Shown here: one piece after another, positions 25,879-35,791 of the stretch
Layout: every line of letters starts with the position of its first letter
How positions within the stretch are numbered: position 1 is the stretch's first letter
NCBI GenBank assembly: GCA_046761045.1
Contig: JBHIFJ010000001.1
Location: 89,785-153,784 of the forward strand
Reading direction: 5' to 3'
Length of the DNA: 64,000 nucleotides
Origin: Thermoplasmata archaeon
GTDB lineage: Archaea > Thermoplasmatota > Thermoplasmata > RBG-16-68-12 > JAGMCJ01
The notes under the pieces: generated by a model
The model's database searches: none
Seen by the model: only the letters and a program-made list of their open reading frames with translations
Told to the model about the DNA's origin: nothing
Translations under genes and position numbers: made by a program

Positions 25879-28626
25879 ATGGACGTTCTGAAGTGCCTCC
25901 GACCGGAGATATCTGACGCACTGGCGAAGCTTGGGTTCGAGGCTCTTACCGAGCCACAGGTCAAGGCAATCCCCCTCGTGATCGAGGGGAAGAATGTCCT
26001 TCTCGTCGCTCCAACGGGGATTGGCAAGACGGAGGCGGCAGTCCTCCCGCTGATGAGCTGGATTCTGGAGGAGGATCCTGAGCGCATAGCTGTTCTTTAT
26101 ATCACCCCGCTCAGGGCGCTCAACCGCGACATGCTCGAGCGGATGGAGGTCCTCGGCGAGATGCTCGGCATCGACGTCGCGGTGAGGCACGGCGACACGC
26201 CCAAGTCCGAGCGGACAAAGCAGTCGAGGAACCCGCCGCAGATTCTCATCACCACACCAGAGACCTTTCAGATAATGTTCACGGGGAGGCGACTTCGGGA
26301 GCACCTCAAGAACGTCAGGTCCGTCGTTGTGGACGAGATTCACGAGCTCGCAGGAGATGAGCGGGGCGGGCAACTGGCAGTCGGCCTCGAGAGGCTTGTG
26401 AGCCTGGCGGGACGACAGATTCAGAGGATAGGGCTTTCCGCCACCATCGGTTCACCCGACAAGATAGCATCCTTTCTGGCGGGAGTAGGTCGGGAGGTCG
26501 AGACAGTCGTATTGGACGTACCGAAGGGCATAAGGATCGAGGTCCAGTACCCACGGACAGAGAAAGGGGATGCGAGGTTGTCCTCGAAGCTCAGGATGAG
26601 CGAGGAGCATGCGTCCGCCCTGAGGGTCTGCAGGGAGCACATCGAGAGACACCGTTCGACGCTGTTTTTCGTCAACACTAGGGACACGGCTGAGTTCCTC
26701 GCATCGCGGTTCAGGCACTGGGAGGGCAGCCCGAACGTGGGCGTTCACCACGGCTCCCTGTCAAAGGAGATTCGAATCAGAATGGAGGATGATTTCAAGC
26801 GGGAGACGAGCAAGGCGCTCATCTGCACATCCTCCATGGAGCTCGGCATCGATGTCGGCTCGGCAGACTTCGTCCTGCAGTACAACTCGCCTCGACAGGT
26901 CACCAGGCTTGTTCAGCGTATCGGGCGGTCTGGCCATGGTGTGGGCGAAGTATCGGACGGTGTCACGATTGCCACGAGTCCCGATGACTTCGCCGAGGCA
27001 TGCGTCATCGCTCGACGCGCCTTGAGCGGGGAGCTGGAGGACTCCCCCGTGAGAGAAAACGACCTTGCCGTTCTGGCGAACCAGATTGTGGCCCTGACGA
27101 TGACTCAACCCTCCCATCACGTGGACGAAGCCTACGAGATTGTCAGGCGGGCGTACTGCTTCAGGAACCTGCCAAGGCGGGTCTTCCTCGACGTCGTGGA
27201 GCAGCTGGGCACGATTGGAGCTGTCTGGTTCAGGGACGAACTCTTCGGCAGATCGAGAGGCTCCCTGAAGTACTTCTACGAGAACATCTCCATGATCCCA
27301 GATATCAAGACGTACAAGGTCATCGACATCACGACCCGAAGGAACGTGGGGACGCTTGATGAGTGGTTCGTCTCCGAGCATGCGAAGGTGGGGGCAACCT
27401 TCGTGATGAGGGGATCTAGCTGGCGGTTCGTCGAGTTCAAGGACGACACGATGCTTGTCGAGCCCATCTCGGAGATGGGTTCCGTTCCGAGCTGGCTAGG
27501 TGAGGAGATTCCGGTTCCGTTCGATGTTGCGATGGAGGTAGGACGGCTCAGGAGAACGAGGGATTTCTCAGGATATCCGTGCAACGAATCCGGAATCGAG
27601 GAGTTCGAGGGCTACCTCGATAGGCAGGAGGGCAAGCCAATACCATCGGACAGGCTCATCACGGTCGAGGCTGGGAAGAAGACGGTCATAATAAATGCAT
27701 GTTTCGGCAGCAAGGTGAATGAAACGTTCGGGCAGATTCTCTCCTCCTTCGTTTCCGCGAGACTGGGCGAGAGCGTGGGAATGCAGACCGATCCCTACAG
27801 AATCGTGCTCCGCGTACCCGAGAGGTTCGACCCTGCCAAGATCAAGGAGCTTCTGTTCCCGACGGACCTGGAAGGCCTGCACGCTCTCATGAGGGTGATT
27901 CTGAGAAACTCCACCTATATGCGGCGCATATTCGTCCACGTCGCCAAGAAGTTCGGCGCAATCAGGCGCAATGTGGATTGGGATGCCGTGAGCATACCCA
28001 GGCTCTTCAAGGCGTATGAGAACACACCGCTCTTCGACGAGGCCATTGAGAAGGCCATGTGGGAGCGGCTGGACATCGAGAGGACGGAACAAGCGCTCAG
28101 GATGATCGCCGAGGGCGAGATCCAGGTTCACGTGGGCCGGCTCTCTCACATAGGAAAGGCGGGAATCGAATGGTCGAGGGCCTTCCTCATCCCGCGGGAG
28201 GTGGACAGAGAGACGCTCATTGCGCTGAAGAAGAGGATTGAGGACACGTACGCCCTGCTGTACTGTCTCGGCTGCGAATCGGCCCGGAGGATTAGGGTCG
28301 CGGACCTGCCACCGAAAATCAAGTGTCCAATATGCGACGGAGTGATGGTGGCCGCTGTTCATCCCGCCAATAGGGAGAAGACGGCTCTGTTCAGGAAGAA
28401 GAGCCTGACTGTCGAGGAGAAGAGGGAGGTCACGCGGATACAGACCAGCGCGAATCTTGTCAAGGCCCACGGCAAGAAGGCGGTTCTCGCTCTGATGGCG
28501 AGGGGCGTCGGCTCGGCCAATGCCGCAAGGATATTGGGACGGCTCCACGAAAGCGAGGAGGACTTCCTCAGGGATATATTGGCGGCAGAAGTAACGTATG
28601 CGAGGACGAGGAGATTCTGGGACTAG
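25879..28626 (+). CDS. lhr: Lhr-type large ATP-dependent helicase (DEAD/DEAH superfamily 2) with C-terminal zinc-ribbon domain
   Basis: Walker A APTGIGKTEAA, DEIH box VVDEIHEL, motif VI QRIGRSGH; C-term CLGCES...CPICDG; start chosen at ATG 25879 (MDVLKCL) because ORF-track start overlaps divergent tldD. Confidence 0.85.
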   Translation: MDVLKCLRPEISDALAKLGFEALTEPQVKAIPLVIEGKNVLLVAPTGIGKTEAAVLPLMSWILEEDPERIAVLYITPLRALNRDMLERMEVLGEMLGIDVAVRHGDTPKSERTKQSRNPPQILITTPETFQIMFTGRRLREHLKNVRSVVVDEIHELAGDERGGQLAVGLERLVSLAGRQIQRIGLSATIGSPDKIASFLAGVGREVETVVLDVPKGIRIEVQYPRTEKGDARLSSKLRMSEEHASALRVCREHIERHRSTLFFVNTRDTAEFLASRFRHWEGSPNVGVHHGSLSKEIRIRMEDDFKRETSKALICTSSMELGIDVGSADFVLQYNSPRQVTRLVQRIGRSGHGVGEVSDGVTIATSPDDFAEACVIARRALSGELEDSPVRENDLAVLANQIVALTMTQPSHHVDEAYEIVRRAYCFRNLPRRVFLDVVEQLGTIGAVWFRDELFGRSRGSLKYFYENISMIPDIKTYKVIDITTRRNVGTLDEWFVSEHAKVGATFVMRGSSWRFVEFKDDTMLVEPISEMGSVPSWLGEEIPVPFDVAMEVGRLRRTRDFSGYPCNESGIEEFEGYLDRQEGKPIPSDRLITVEAGKKTVIINACFGSKVNETFGQILSSFVSARLGESVGMQTDPYRIVLRVPERFDPAKIKELLFPTDLEGLHALMRVILRNSTYMRRIFVHVAKKFGAIRRNVDWDAVSIPRLFKAYENTPLFDEAIEKAMWERLDIERTEQALRMIAEGEIQVHVGRLSHIGKAGIEWSRAFLIPREVDRETLIALKKRIEDTYALLYCLGCESARRIRVADLPPKIKCPICDGVMVAAVHPANREKTALFRKKSLTVEEKREVTRIQTSANLVKAHGKKAVLALMARGVGSANAARILGRLHESEEDFLRDILAAEVTYARTRRFWD

Positions 28627-28976
28627 GCGTTCTCGCCAACGATGTCATCCAGCTTCTTGATAGTCTTCGAGATCTCCTTTCTGAGAACGGTGGACACCTT
28701 CTCCGTAGGCGCGATGTAATAGATGTATGCCAGTTTCCCTCGTGCCGTCTTCACGACCTCACGCTCGAGAATCCCCTTCCTCCATAGGGAGACGAGGTAT
28801 TTCCTCACGCTCCTCTCTGAGCTGTGCACCCGTTCCACTATCTGATTGACGCTCAGCTTCTTGGTGCTTCTCACGAGTGCCTTCAGTATCCTCGATGCAG
28901 TCTTCGGAAGACCGAGGACCTTCTCCGCGATTTTCGTGAGCGCGTAGAGCACCTTTCTCTCTGTTTGGTGCGTCAT
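28623..28976 (-). CDS. Winged-helix (MarR/TrmB-like) transcriptional regulator
   Basis: 117 aa; ..KKLSVNQIVERVHSSERSVRKYLVSLWRKGILERE.. wHTH. Confidence 0.6.
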   Translation of the reverse strand: MTHQTERKVLYALTKIAEKVLGLPKTASRILKALVRSTKKLSVNQIVERVHSSERSVRKYLVSLWRKGILEREVVKTARGKLAYIYYIAPTEKVSTVLRKEISKTIKKLDDIVGENA

Positions 28977-29119
28977 AGTAGGAATCCTTAGCCGGTCCGA
29001 TTATATGAATTTTGTTTTTCATAGATGGAGGGAATGGCTATCGCTCGGAATAAGTGTTAAATAGAGAGATATCTTAACCTGCACTCGATACTTGTCGATG
29101 TGGAGTAAGAGGTGGAGCT
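28977..29119. promoter_or_regulatory. AT-rich divergent intergenic region (likely promoters for regulator and radical SAM gene)
   Basis: TTAAATAG and TTATATGAATTTTG TATA-like elements; AGGTGG SD before 29120 ATG. Confidence 0.35.
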
Positions 29120-30739
29120 ATGGTGACCTCTGGGCTGAGAGACGGTGGAGTTCCTATAGTTCTCACAGCCCCGCGCTCCGAAATCAGCACATACAGCGGG
29201 GACCCGTTCACAGCCTTCGTGGCCGTTTTTCCCAGGAAGCTCATTCCAGCTCTTGTTGTCAAGGACGAGTGGCTGGAGGCCAAGAACAACGACGATGGTA
29301 CCGCCAAGTTCCTCCCGTACGGTCTCAGGAAGGTCGAGTCTCTTCTGATCGATGAGTTCGGTGAGGAGAATGTCGCCTCCGTTCATCCCGACAAACTGCA
29401 GGAGTTTGTGGGGCCCAACACGAAGGCGGTGGGAATCTCCACGATGGATGCCATGGGATTAGCATATGTCTCCATGACTTACAACTCGATTCTGGGCATT
29501 GGCGGGGAATCGCTGGACGCGTACGAATTCGAGCAGCTCATGAGGACTCCATGCCTCTCGCAGTACCGCCCCAAGGTAATCGTGGGTGGGGCGGGGTCCT
29601 GGCAGGTTCGGGATGCGGGAAGGCTGGATCAGCTTGCGGTGGACACGCTCGTGCACGGTGAGGGCGAGAATGTCGTTCTTGAGCTGTTCCGCAAGGCGGT
29701 GGAAGGCGATCCGTTGCCCAAGGAGGTGTATGGAAAGACGGTCAAGACCCAGGACATTCCACTCATCAAGCGAGCTGCGAGCTATGGCGTCGTCGAGATC
29801 ACGAGAGGTTGTGGGCGTGGCTGCTACTTCTGCTCTCCCACGAACAGGGTGAGGAACTCCCTCCCGCTTGACCACATCATGAAGGAGGTTGAGGTCAACA
29901 TAAGGGGAGGCGCGAATTCTATCTTCACTGCGACCGAGGATATGTTCATCTACCAATGCGGGCCGAAGTTCGTCCCGAACAGGGAGGCAGTGGTGAAGCT
30001 CTACAGATCCGTGGCCGATTACCCAGGCGTAGACTACATCCATCTCTCCCACGCATCCCTTGCACCAGCGGTTCGCGACCCGAAGATGGTGGAGGAGCTT
30101 ACCCCGATACTCGAGGGGAAGACGATGTATACTCCCAAGCTGAGAAGGGGCTACTCCAGGAAGTTCGTCACGGTCCTGTTCGGCATCGAGAGCGGGAGCA
30201 TCAGGATCATGGAGAAGTACATGCGAGGCAAGGCTCTTCCCTACGATGTCAAGGACTGGCATGAGATAGTCACACAAGGGATCGGTGTCTTCAACGACAA
30301 TGGTTGGCGACCCATGGGAACGATCATTACGGGCTGGCCCGGCGAGACCGAGGACGATACCATAGAGACGCTCGAGCTCCTGGACAAGCTGAAGGATGCG
30401 GACATGTTCTACGTGCCATTGCTCTTCATCCCTCTGCAGGACAGCAAGCTGAGGGACGCGAGGATGATGCCCCTTGAGAGCCTCACGGAAGCGCAGCTAG
30501 ATTTCATCGCCACCTGCTGGAAATACAACATAAACTGCTGGGACAAGAGGTTTCAGCCCATATACTCAGTCGCATCCCTGCTCTCCTACTATCTGTTCTT
30601 TAGATGGAAGCACGGGAAGAAGTTCAAGCTCCCTGCCTTGAGGATAGCCGGCCTGCATCCAGGGGTCTATGCAAGAGAATACAGAGGATGCGACCGCCGG
30701 GTGTGCACCGAACCGCAGGCACCGAGAATCAGCAGCTAA
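29120..30739 (+). CDS. B12-binding domain radical SAM enzyme
   Basis: 539 aa; Rossmann-like N-domain then CGRGCYFC (CxxxCxxC) radical SAM cluster motif. Confidence 0.85.
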   Translation: MVTSGLRDGGVPIVLTAPRSEISTYSGDPFTAFVAVFPRKLIPALVVKDEWLEAKNNDDGTAKFLPYGLRKVESLLIDEFGEENVASVHPDKLQEFVGPNTKAVGISTMDAMGLAYVSMTYNSILGIGGESLDAYEFEQLMRTPCLSQYRPKVIVGGAGSWQVRDAGRLDQLAVDTLVHGEGENVVLELFRKAVEGDPLPKEVYGKTVKTQDIPLIKRAASYGVVEITRGCGRGCYFCSPTNRVRNSLPLDHIMKEVEVNIRGGANSIFTATEDMFIYQCGPKFVPNREAVVKLYRSVADYPGVDYIHLSHASLAPAVRDPKMVEELTPILEGKTMYTPKLRRGYSRKFVTVLFGIESGSIRIMEKYMRGKALPYDVKDWHEIVTQGIGVFNDNGWRPMGTIITGWPGETEDDTIETLELLDKLKDADMFYVPLLFIPLQDSKLRDARMMPLESLTEAQLDFIATCWKYNINCWDKRFQPIYSVASLLSYYLFFRWKHGKKFKLPALRIAGLHPGVYAREYRGCDRRVCTEPQAPRISS

Positions 30740-30961
30740 TCAGATGGTCTCGACCTTGTATAGAACCTTCATGCCCTTGAGTGTATGGTGGATCTGGTCG
30801 GCCAGGTCGATCGCCTCCTCCACGCCAGCATTCTTGTCCCATTCGTACATGAAGTCGTAGTTTCCAGTCGTCGGAACGAAGCCGAGCGCCTGAAGTCTTT
30901 GAACCACATCGGATGGCCTTGCGCCGTCACTGTTGAATGTCACAGTCAGATATGTTATCAT
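30740..30961 (-). CDS. Small hypothetical protein (73 aa)
   Basis: Protein-like composition; convergent with radical SAM gene. Confidence 0.4.
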   Translation of the reverse strand: MITYLTVTFNSDGARPSDVVQRLQALGFVPTTGNYDFMYEWDKNAGVEEAIDLADQIHHTLKGMKVLYKVETI

Positions 30962-31005
30962 TCAATCGAACCTATCGTTCAAGCCCGTCTTAAATCTTGT
31001 GTGTG

Positions 31006-32571
31006 CTAGTCCTTGCCTTCCTCGAGACCCTTCCTCATTGCCTCGAAGGCCTTCTCGTACTGCTCGAAGTAATCTGAGCGAATGAAGTTGTCAATGACCT
31101 CGTAGGGCATCTTCTCCAGTATCTTGTCGACGGTCATCAGGGCGTCTCGAGCATTGATGATCTCGTTCTCGTAGCCCTTGAGCTTCCTCTCCATCTTCCT
31201 CAGCTTCTTGCTCTCCTTCTCTGCCTTGGTCGCCCTCTCCCTTGCCTCCTCCAGCATTCTCTCGATTTCGGCCTCCCTCTCCTGGGCGGCCTTGAGCTTC
31301 TCCTCAGCCTCACGGGCCCGCTCTTCGATTTCCCGCTTCCTCTTTTCGAGCCTCTCCTTCTCCGTCTGGATTTCGGCCAGCTCATCTCCCGAAAGGGATT
31401 CCTTCCTCTCCTCGAACTCCCTCATCTGCCTCTCGAGTTCCTCTCGCTTCCCCTCGATCAGCTCCTCCTCCCGCCTGTACTTCTCCTCGGCCTTCTGCAG
31501 CTCCTCGCGGAGGGATTCGAGCTCTCCGCTCCGCTCCTTCAGGCTCGCCTCCCGCCTTTCCAGCTCGCGTTGCCTATCCTCAAGGACCTTCCTTTCCTTC
31601 TCGACCTTCTCTTCCAGCTCCTTCTCCCGCTCTTCCAGCTCCTTCTCCCGCTCTTCCAGCTCGGCAATCTTCTCGTCCGAGAGGGTGACTTCGCCGGACT
31701 CAATAGCTTCTTTCCTCTCCTCCAAGTGCTCGGTCATCCTCGTGAAGGTCTCCTTGAGGTTTTCAACCTCCCGCTCGCCAAGTTTGATTCTCTGGTCGGC
31801 CTCGCGGGCGATGTCGGCATAGCTCTCGAACTTCCTCATGATTCGGTCAAGCTCAGCGGTCTTTTCATCCAACTGCCTCATCCTCTGTTCCAGCGACCGC
31901 TTCACCTCCTCCTCCTGCCTTTTCAACTTGGTCTCTCTCTCCAGCAGCTTCTCGTCGCTCTTTGCCAGCTCCCTGAAGAACGCGACCATCTTCTTGGTGC
32001 TGTCCTCCAGGAACTCTCCTCTCTCCTCCAGCTTCTTCTCGACTCGCAGCAGGAGCTCCTCGCGTTTCTCCATCTCCATCAGCTTGTTCTTCCACTCGTC
32101 CCTCAGGCGGGAGGCAGTCTTCCTCTCCGAACCAAGCTGCTTCCGCTCCTCTTTGAGCTTCCTTATCTCTTCGCTGAGTAGCTGAGTCCTCGCCTTGATG
32201 AGCTTCTTCTTGAGCTGGTCCAGCTCCCTGCTCTTCGCCTCCAGCTCCTCCTCCTTCCTAAGCAGGCGCTGCTCCTTCTCCTTGATGGTCTCCGCGTCCG
32301 TGAAGATGCGCTCTGCTTCCTCTCGCAGAAGGGCCGTCGACTGCATGATGCTCTTCTTCAGGTCCTCGATCGTCGCCCTACCCCTCGCTGTGGAATCGGA
32401 ACCCTTTTGCTGTACATCCGCCTCGAGCTCCCTCAGGCGGTGCAGGTCCTCCTGTATCTTCTTCTGCTCTTCCAACAGCTTCCTAGCTCTCTCTCCTTCC
32501 CCTGACTTGGATGCCTTGCCCCTCTTTCGTGAGCCTTTTCCGCTTGCCAAGAAAACAACGGTCGCAATCAT
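31006..32571 (-). CDS. Long Glu/Lys/Arg-rich coiled-coil protein (SMC-hinge-less, 'EEREKELEE' repeats), ~520 aa
   Basis: Heptad-rich charged sequence throughout; start moved to ATG 32571 (MIATVVFLASGKGSRKRGKAS) since ORF-track start overlaps divergent gene. Confidence 0.7.
   Translation of the reverse strand: MIATVVFLASGKGSRKRGKASKSGEGERARKLLEEQKKIQEDLHRLRELEADVQQKGSDSTARGRATIEDLKKSIMQSTALLREEAERIFTDAETIKEKEQRLLRKEEELEAKSRELDQLKKKLIKARTQLLSEEIRKLKEERKQLGSERKTASRLRDEWKNKLMEMEKREELLLRVEKKLEERGEFLEDSTKKMVAFFRELAKSDEKLLERETKLKRQEEEVKRSLEQRMRQLDEKTAELDRIMRKFESYADIAREADQRIKLGEREVENLKETFTRMTEHLEERKEAIESGEVTLSDEKIAELEEREKELEEREKELEEKVEKERKVLEDRQRELERREASLKERSGELESLREELQKAEEKYRREEELIEGKREELERQMREFEERKESLSGDELAEIQTEKERLEKRKREIEERAREAEEKLKAAQEREAEIERMLEEARERATKAEKESKKLRKMERKLKGYENEIINARDALMTVDKILEKMPYEVIDNFIRSDYFEQYEKAFEAMRKGLEEGKD
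31606..31662. repeat. 21-nt tandem direct repeat (2 exact copies + 1 degenerate) inside coiled-coil CDS
   Basis: CTTCTCCCGCTCTTCCAGCTC at 31621-31641 and 31642-31662; encodes EEREKEL repeats on minus strand. Confidence 0.6.
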
Positions 32572-32745
32572 GTCCTTCCCTCTGTGCACTTGTGTGCGGT
32601 TCCTCCTCCCTTGCCATATGTCTATTTTCTCCAGAATATTAATATCTATTGGTGGCAAGAGCCCCTCCAGTCCTCGGGACGATGTGTGGAGAATCACTGC
32701 GTTAGCTTTATATTGAACTAGTCCGTAATACGCATCGGTGGGTTC

Positions 32746-33870
32746 TTGGCCATGCCAGAGGACAAGACGAAGTGTGAGGTTTGCGGTCATCTGAATCCTC
32801 GGAGAGCAGAGTTCTGCGAAGGGTGTGGAGTCAAGCTCGAAATCGCAGAGGACGAGGAGGACATAGACCGGTTATTGAAGGAGCTCGTCGAGGTTGAGGC
32901 CCCCGCAGCTGGTGCCGATGAGGCTCTCGACTTGGACAAGGAGATTGTCGACGAGCTTCTGGACTCCCTTCTCATCGAGGAAGAGGGAGAGCTCTTCGAG
33001 TGTCCTGTCTGCAGTGCCATGATTCCCGTTGAATCCACCGTCTGTTCTGAGTGCGGAACCGAGTTCGCTGAGCTGCTTGAGACGCCACGGAAGAGGGCCG
33101 AGGCCATCGAAGAGATCGAAGTTCCAATCGAGGAGGAAGCCCCGGTCAAGGTCGAGGTCTCCGAGAAGGTTCCCAAGCTCACCATCTCCAGCGCGAGGAT
33201 GATTGATGGAGTGGTTGTTGGGACGATTGCGGCGCTCGTGGTCGTCTTCACAGTCTTCAGGATGTGGGACTGGAATGCCTATTCCGAGAGCCTGACCCCT
33301 CTCCTAGTCTTCGCAGGCGTTGCGGTCATCGGAACGCTGCTCGGATTCGTATTCTTCAGGATAAGTACCTCTGCGGTCGCTCAGGGGGACAGGCTCGTGA
33401 AGGACGGGCAGTTCCTTGAGGCCATCCAGTACTACAACAGGGCCATTCGGATAGGCTCGAGACCCGCGACCGCATGGACATCCAAGGGTGTGGCATACAA
33501 GAGGTTGAAGCAATACGACGAGGCGCTCAAGTGCCATGAGATTGCATTGAAGATGGACCCGAAGAACGAGATCGCTTGGACCAACAAGGGCGATGTGCTG
33601 TTCAGGCTTGAGCGGTACGACGAGGCCCTCGAGGCGTTTGACAAGGCGCTGGAGATCAGGCCGAGATACGCTATCGCGTGGAACAACAAGGGCGCCACCC
33701 TTGCTCGAATGGGAAGGTTCGAGGAAGCGAAGAAGTGCCACGACGAGGCGATCAAGATAAGGCCGCGGTACACCGCCGCCTGGCTGAATCGCGGGGAGGT
33801 TCTCGTGAGGCTTGGTGACAGGGACGAAGCTGCCAAGTGCCTCCAGAGGGCGAAGGCACTGGGAGCCTAG
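32746..33870 (+). CDS. Membrane protein with two N-terminal Cys4 zinc ribbons, one TM segment and C-terminal TPR repeats
   Basis: CEVCGH...CEGCG and CPVCSA...CSECG; TPR consensus (W..KG.AL..LG.Y.EA...FDKALEI.P) x5. Confidence 0.75.
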   Translation: MAMPEDKTKCEVCGHLNPRRAEFCEGCGVKLEIAEDEEDIDRLLKELVEVEAPAAGADEALDLDKEIVDELLDSLLIEEEGELFECPVCSAMIPVESTVCSECGTEFAELLETPRKRAEAIEEIEVPIEEEAPVKVEVSEKVPKLTISSARMIDGVVVGTIAALVVVFTVFRMWDWNAYSESLTPLLVFAGVAVIGTLLGFVFFRISTSAVAQGDRLVKDGQFLEAIQYYNRAIRIGSRPATAWTSKGVAYKRLKQYDEALKCHEIALKMDPKNEIAWTNKGDVLFRLERYDEALEAFDKALEIRPRYAIAWNNKGATLARMGRFEEAKKCHDEAIKIRPRYTAAWLNRGEVLVRLGDRDEAAKCLQRAKALGA

Positions 33871-34496
33871 CGCCTGAATCCTTTTGCGACAACGTAGATC
33901 TCGGCGCTCTCTGAGATCGTTGCCTTTGGCCGGTGTCCCTTCACGAATGCGAACCTGCTCTTCACTTCGTTCAGAAAATCGTTGTACATGTCCCCTTGGA
34001 AGATTTTGATCACCGTGTTCCCGCCTGTCTTGAGCATCTGAGTGGCGATTTCAAGTGCGATCTTACTGAGGTGCACGGACAGCGCATGGTCCCGGTTCTT
34101 GTTCCCGCTCAACCTCGGAGACATATCGCTCAGGACGACATCGACCTGTCCGTCAATCCAGTCCTGTAACCGCTCTGCGGCTCCCTCGCTCTCCAGATCC
34201 AGCTTCCTGGTGGAGACGCTGTCCATTTCACGAATGCGGACCCTGTCCACCGCGAAAACCGCTCCCTCTTCGCCAACAACCTCAAGGGCGACCTGCGACC
34301 AGCCTCCCGGAGCGGCTCCTAGGTCCAGGACGATATCGCGCGGTCCAATCACATCGAACTTCTTCACAATCTGCATGAGTTTGTAGGCCGCCCGGCTCCT
34401 GTATCCAGATTTCTTGGCACTCCTGTAGTAGTAATCCCTCCTTCTCTTCCGGAGCCAAGCCCTGGGCATTGCTTTCCTATCGATGAGCCTCCGCAT
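33867..34496 (-). CDS. rlmE: 23S rRNA (uridine-2'-O)-methyltransferase RlmE/FtsJ
   Basis: YRSRAAYKLMQI...VLDLGAAPGGWSQV...DVVLSDMSP motifs of FtsJ/RrmJ. Confidence 0.85.
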   Translation of the reverse strand: MRRLIDRKAMPRAWLRKRRRDYYYRSAKKSGYRSRAAYKLMQIVKKFDVIGPRDIVLDLGAAPGGWSQVALEVVGEEGAVFAVDRVRIREMDSVSTRKLDLESEGAAERLQDWIDGQVDVVLSDMSPRLSGNKNRDHALSVHLSKIALEIATQMLKTGGNTVIKIFQGDMYNDFLNEVKSRFAFVKGHRPKATISESAEIYVVAKGFRR

Positions 34497-34643
34497 AATC
34501 GTTTCGGTGGGTCACGATCCGCTGGTAATCGAAGAGTCTACAGGTGTTTTCGAAGCCAGTCCGAAGACGGCTCGACCAGATATCGAGACATGCAGATGCG
34601 AAAGAGGAGGATGCGGAGAAATGCGAGCGAATCGCACCAGACG

Positions 34644-34910
34644 CTATTTCGTGACGACTTGTATCCTCGGGAAATGGGCGACCTCCACGGTGTAAGGCCT
34701 GAGTGTTATCTCCGCATGACCAAAGGAAAATTGAGCGGGAAGCTCATCGGGCTTTGCCTCGCCCACCTTCTTGTTGATGAAGTCCGCGAGCGGAAAGACA
34801 TCGTCCTCAGAGAAATCCTCAGTATCGATTTCCACGATGAGGGAGAATTGGACTGGAACCTCCTCCAATGCCTTCAGCAATCTGTTTCTCAGGACCTCCT
34901 CCTCCGTCAT
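34644..34910 (-). CDS. Small acidic hypothetical protein (88 aa)
   Basis: Protein-like ORF upstream of rlmE on same strand; divergent from GTPase gene. Confidence 0.45.
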   Translation of the reverse strand: MTEEEVLRNRLLKALEEVPVQFSLIVEIDTEDFSEDDVFPLADFINKKVGEAKPDELPAQFSFGHAEITLRPYTVEVAHFPRIQVVTK

Positions 34911-35061
34911 AGTACGCCCCCTTCAATCACTGAATGGGTCACTCGATTGATAAATCTATCGCGGAATCGAGAGGGGCGTCCTGAGCGGGAATGGCTGATG
35001 CTATCCTCCCTGATAATGTAGCAGAAACGCATTTATAGAGCGCAAAGCCCAGCCTCCCTCA

Positions 35062-35652
35062 GTGAATGGGACCGAAGAGGAATCAATGAAAGTGAAGATT
35101 TGCCTGGTTGGTGACTTCCAGGTCGGGAAGACCAGCCTCATTAGGCGCTTCGTCCTTGACGAGTTCGATGACAGGTACCTCGAGACGATCGGCACGAAGG
35201 TGACGAAGAAGACCGTCAATGTCGACCATCCGGGCGGAGAGGACTTGCTGCGCGTCAAGCTGCTCATATGGGATATAATGGGCCGCAAGGAGTTCGGCGA
35301 CCTTCTGCGCGATGCCTACTTCTACGGTGCGAAGGGCATAATCGCCGTCTGCGACCTGACGAGACCCGAGACGGTCGAGAGCGTGCGGGAATGGATAGAT
35401 TCCGTCGTCCGCGTGACGGGCAGGGTCCCAATCCACATTCTTGGGAACAAGGCGGACCTCGAGCGCAAGGTTGACGAGCAGGCAATCGCGGACCTCGCAT
35501 CATCATACGACTCGCCGCATCATCTGACCAGCGCCAAGACGGGTTTGAACGTCGAGCTGGCTTTCGCAGATATGGCTCTGAGAACCTCAGCTCAGTACTA
35601 CGGTCTGCCGGAGGTTGGGTCGGGGGAGAGGGCTACCGCGCCGGTGGATTGA
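35062..35652 (+). CDS. Ras-superfamily small GTPase (Rab/Ras-like)
   Basis: G1 GDFQVGKTS, switch II WDIMGRKEF (DxxG, no catalytic Gln), G4 NKAD, G5 TSAKTG. Confidence 0.85.
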   Translation: MNGTEEESMKVKICLVGDFQVGKTSLIRRFVLDEFDDRYLETIGTKVTKKTVNVDHPGGEDLLRVKLLIWDIMGRKEFGDLLRDAYFYGAKGIIAVCDLTRPETVESVREWIDSVVRVTGRVPIHILGNKADLERKVDEQAIADLASSYDSPHHLTSAKTGLNVELAFADMALRTSAQYYGLPEVGSGERATAPVD

Positions 35653-35791
35653 GTTCGACTGTTGTACCAAACTCTTTTTAAAGGACCTGTCGTTTGATAC
35701 CAGCTGAGCGGCTCACCAAAAAGATATATACAAGCAGGGTTATCCGCTCGAATACCATCCACCTTGGACTTTTGTTTAAGGAGGAGGACAC

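Noticed and set aside
31178-32181. Plus-strand Ser/Leu-rich ORFs (31178-31822, 31570-32181, 31838-32185)
   Set aside because: Antisense artefacts of the GAG/AAG-rich coiled-coil gene on the minus strand.
34590-35021. Plus-strand ORF 34590-35021 (143 aa)
   Set aside because: Arg-rich N-terminus and poor composition; the minus-strand 88-aa acidic ORF 34644-34910 is more protein-like. Both are low confidence.
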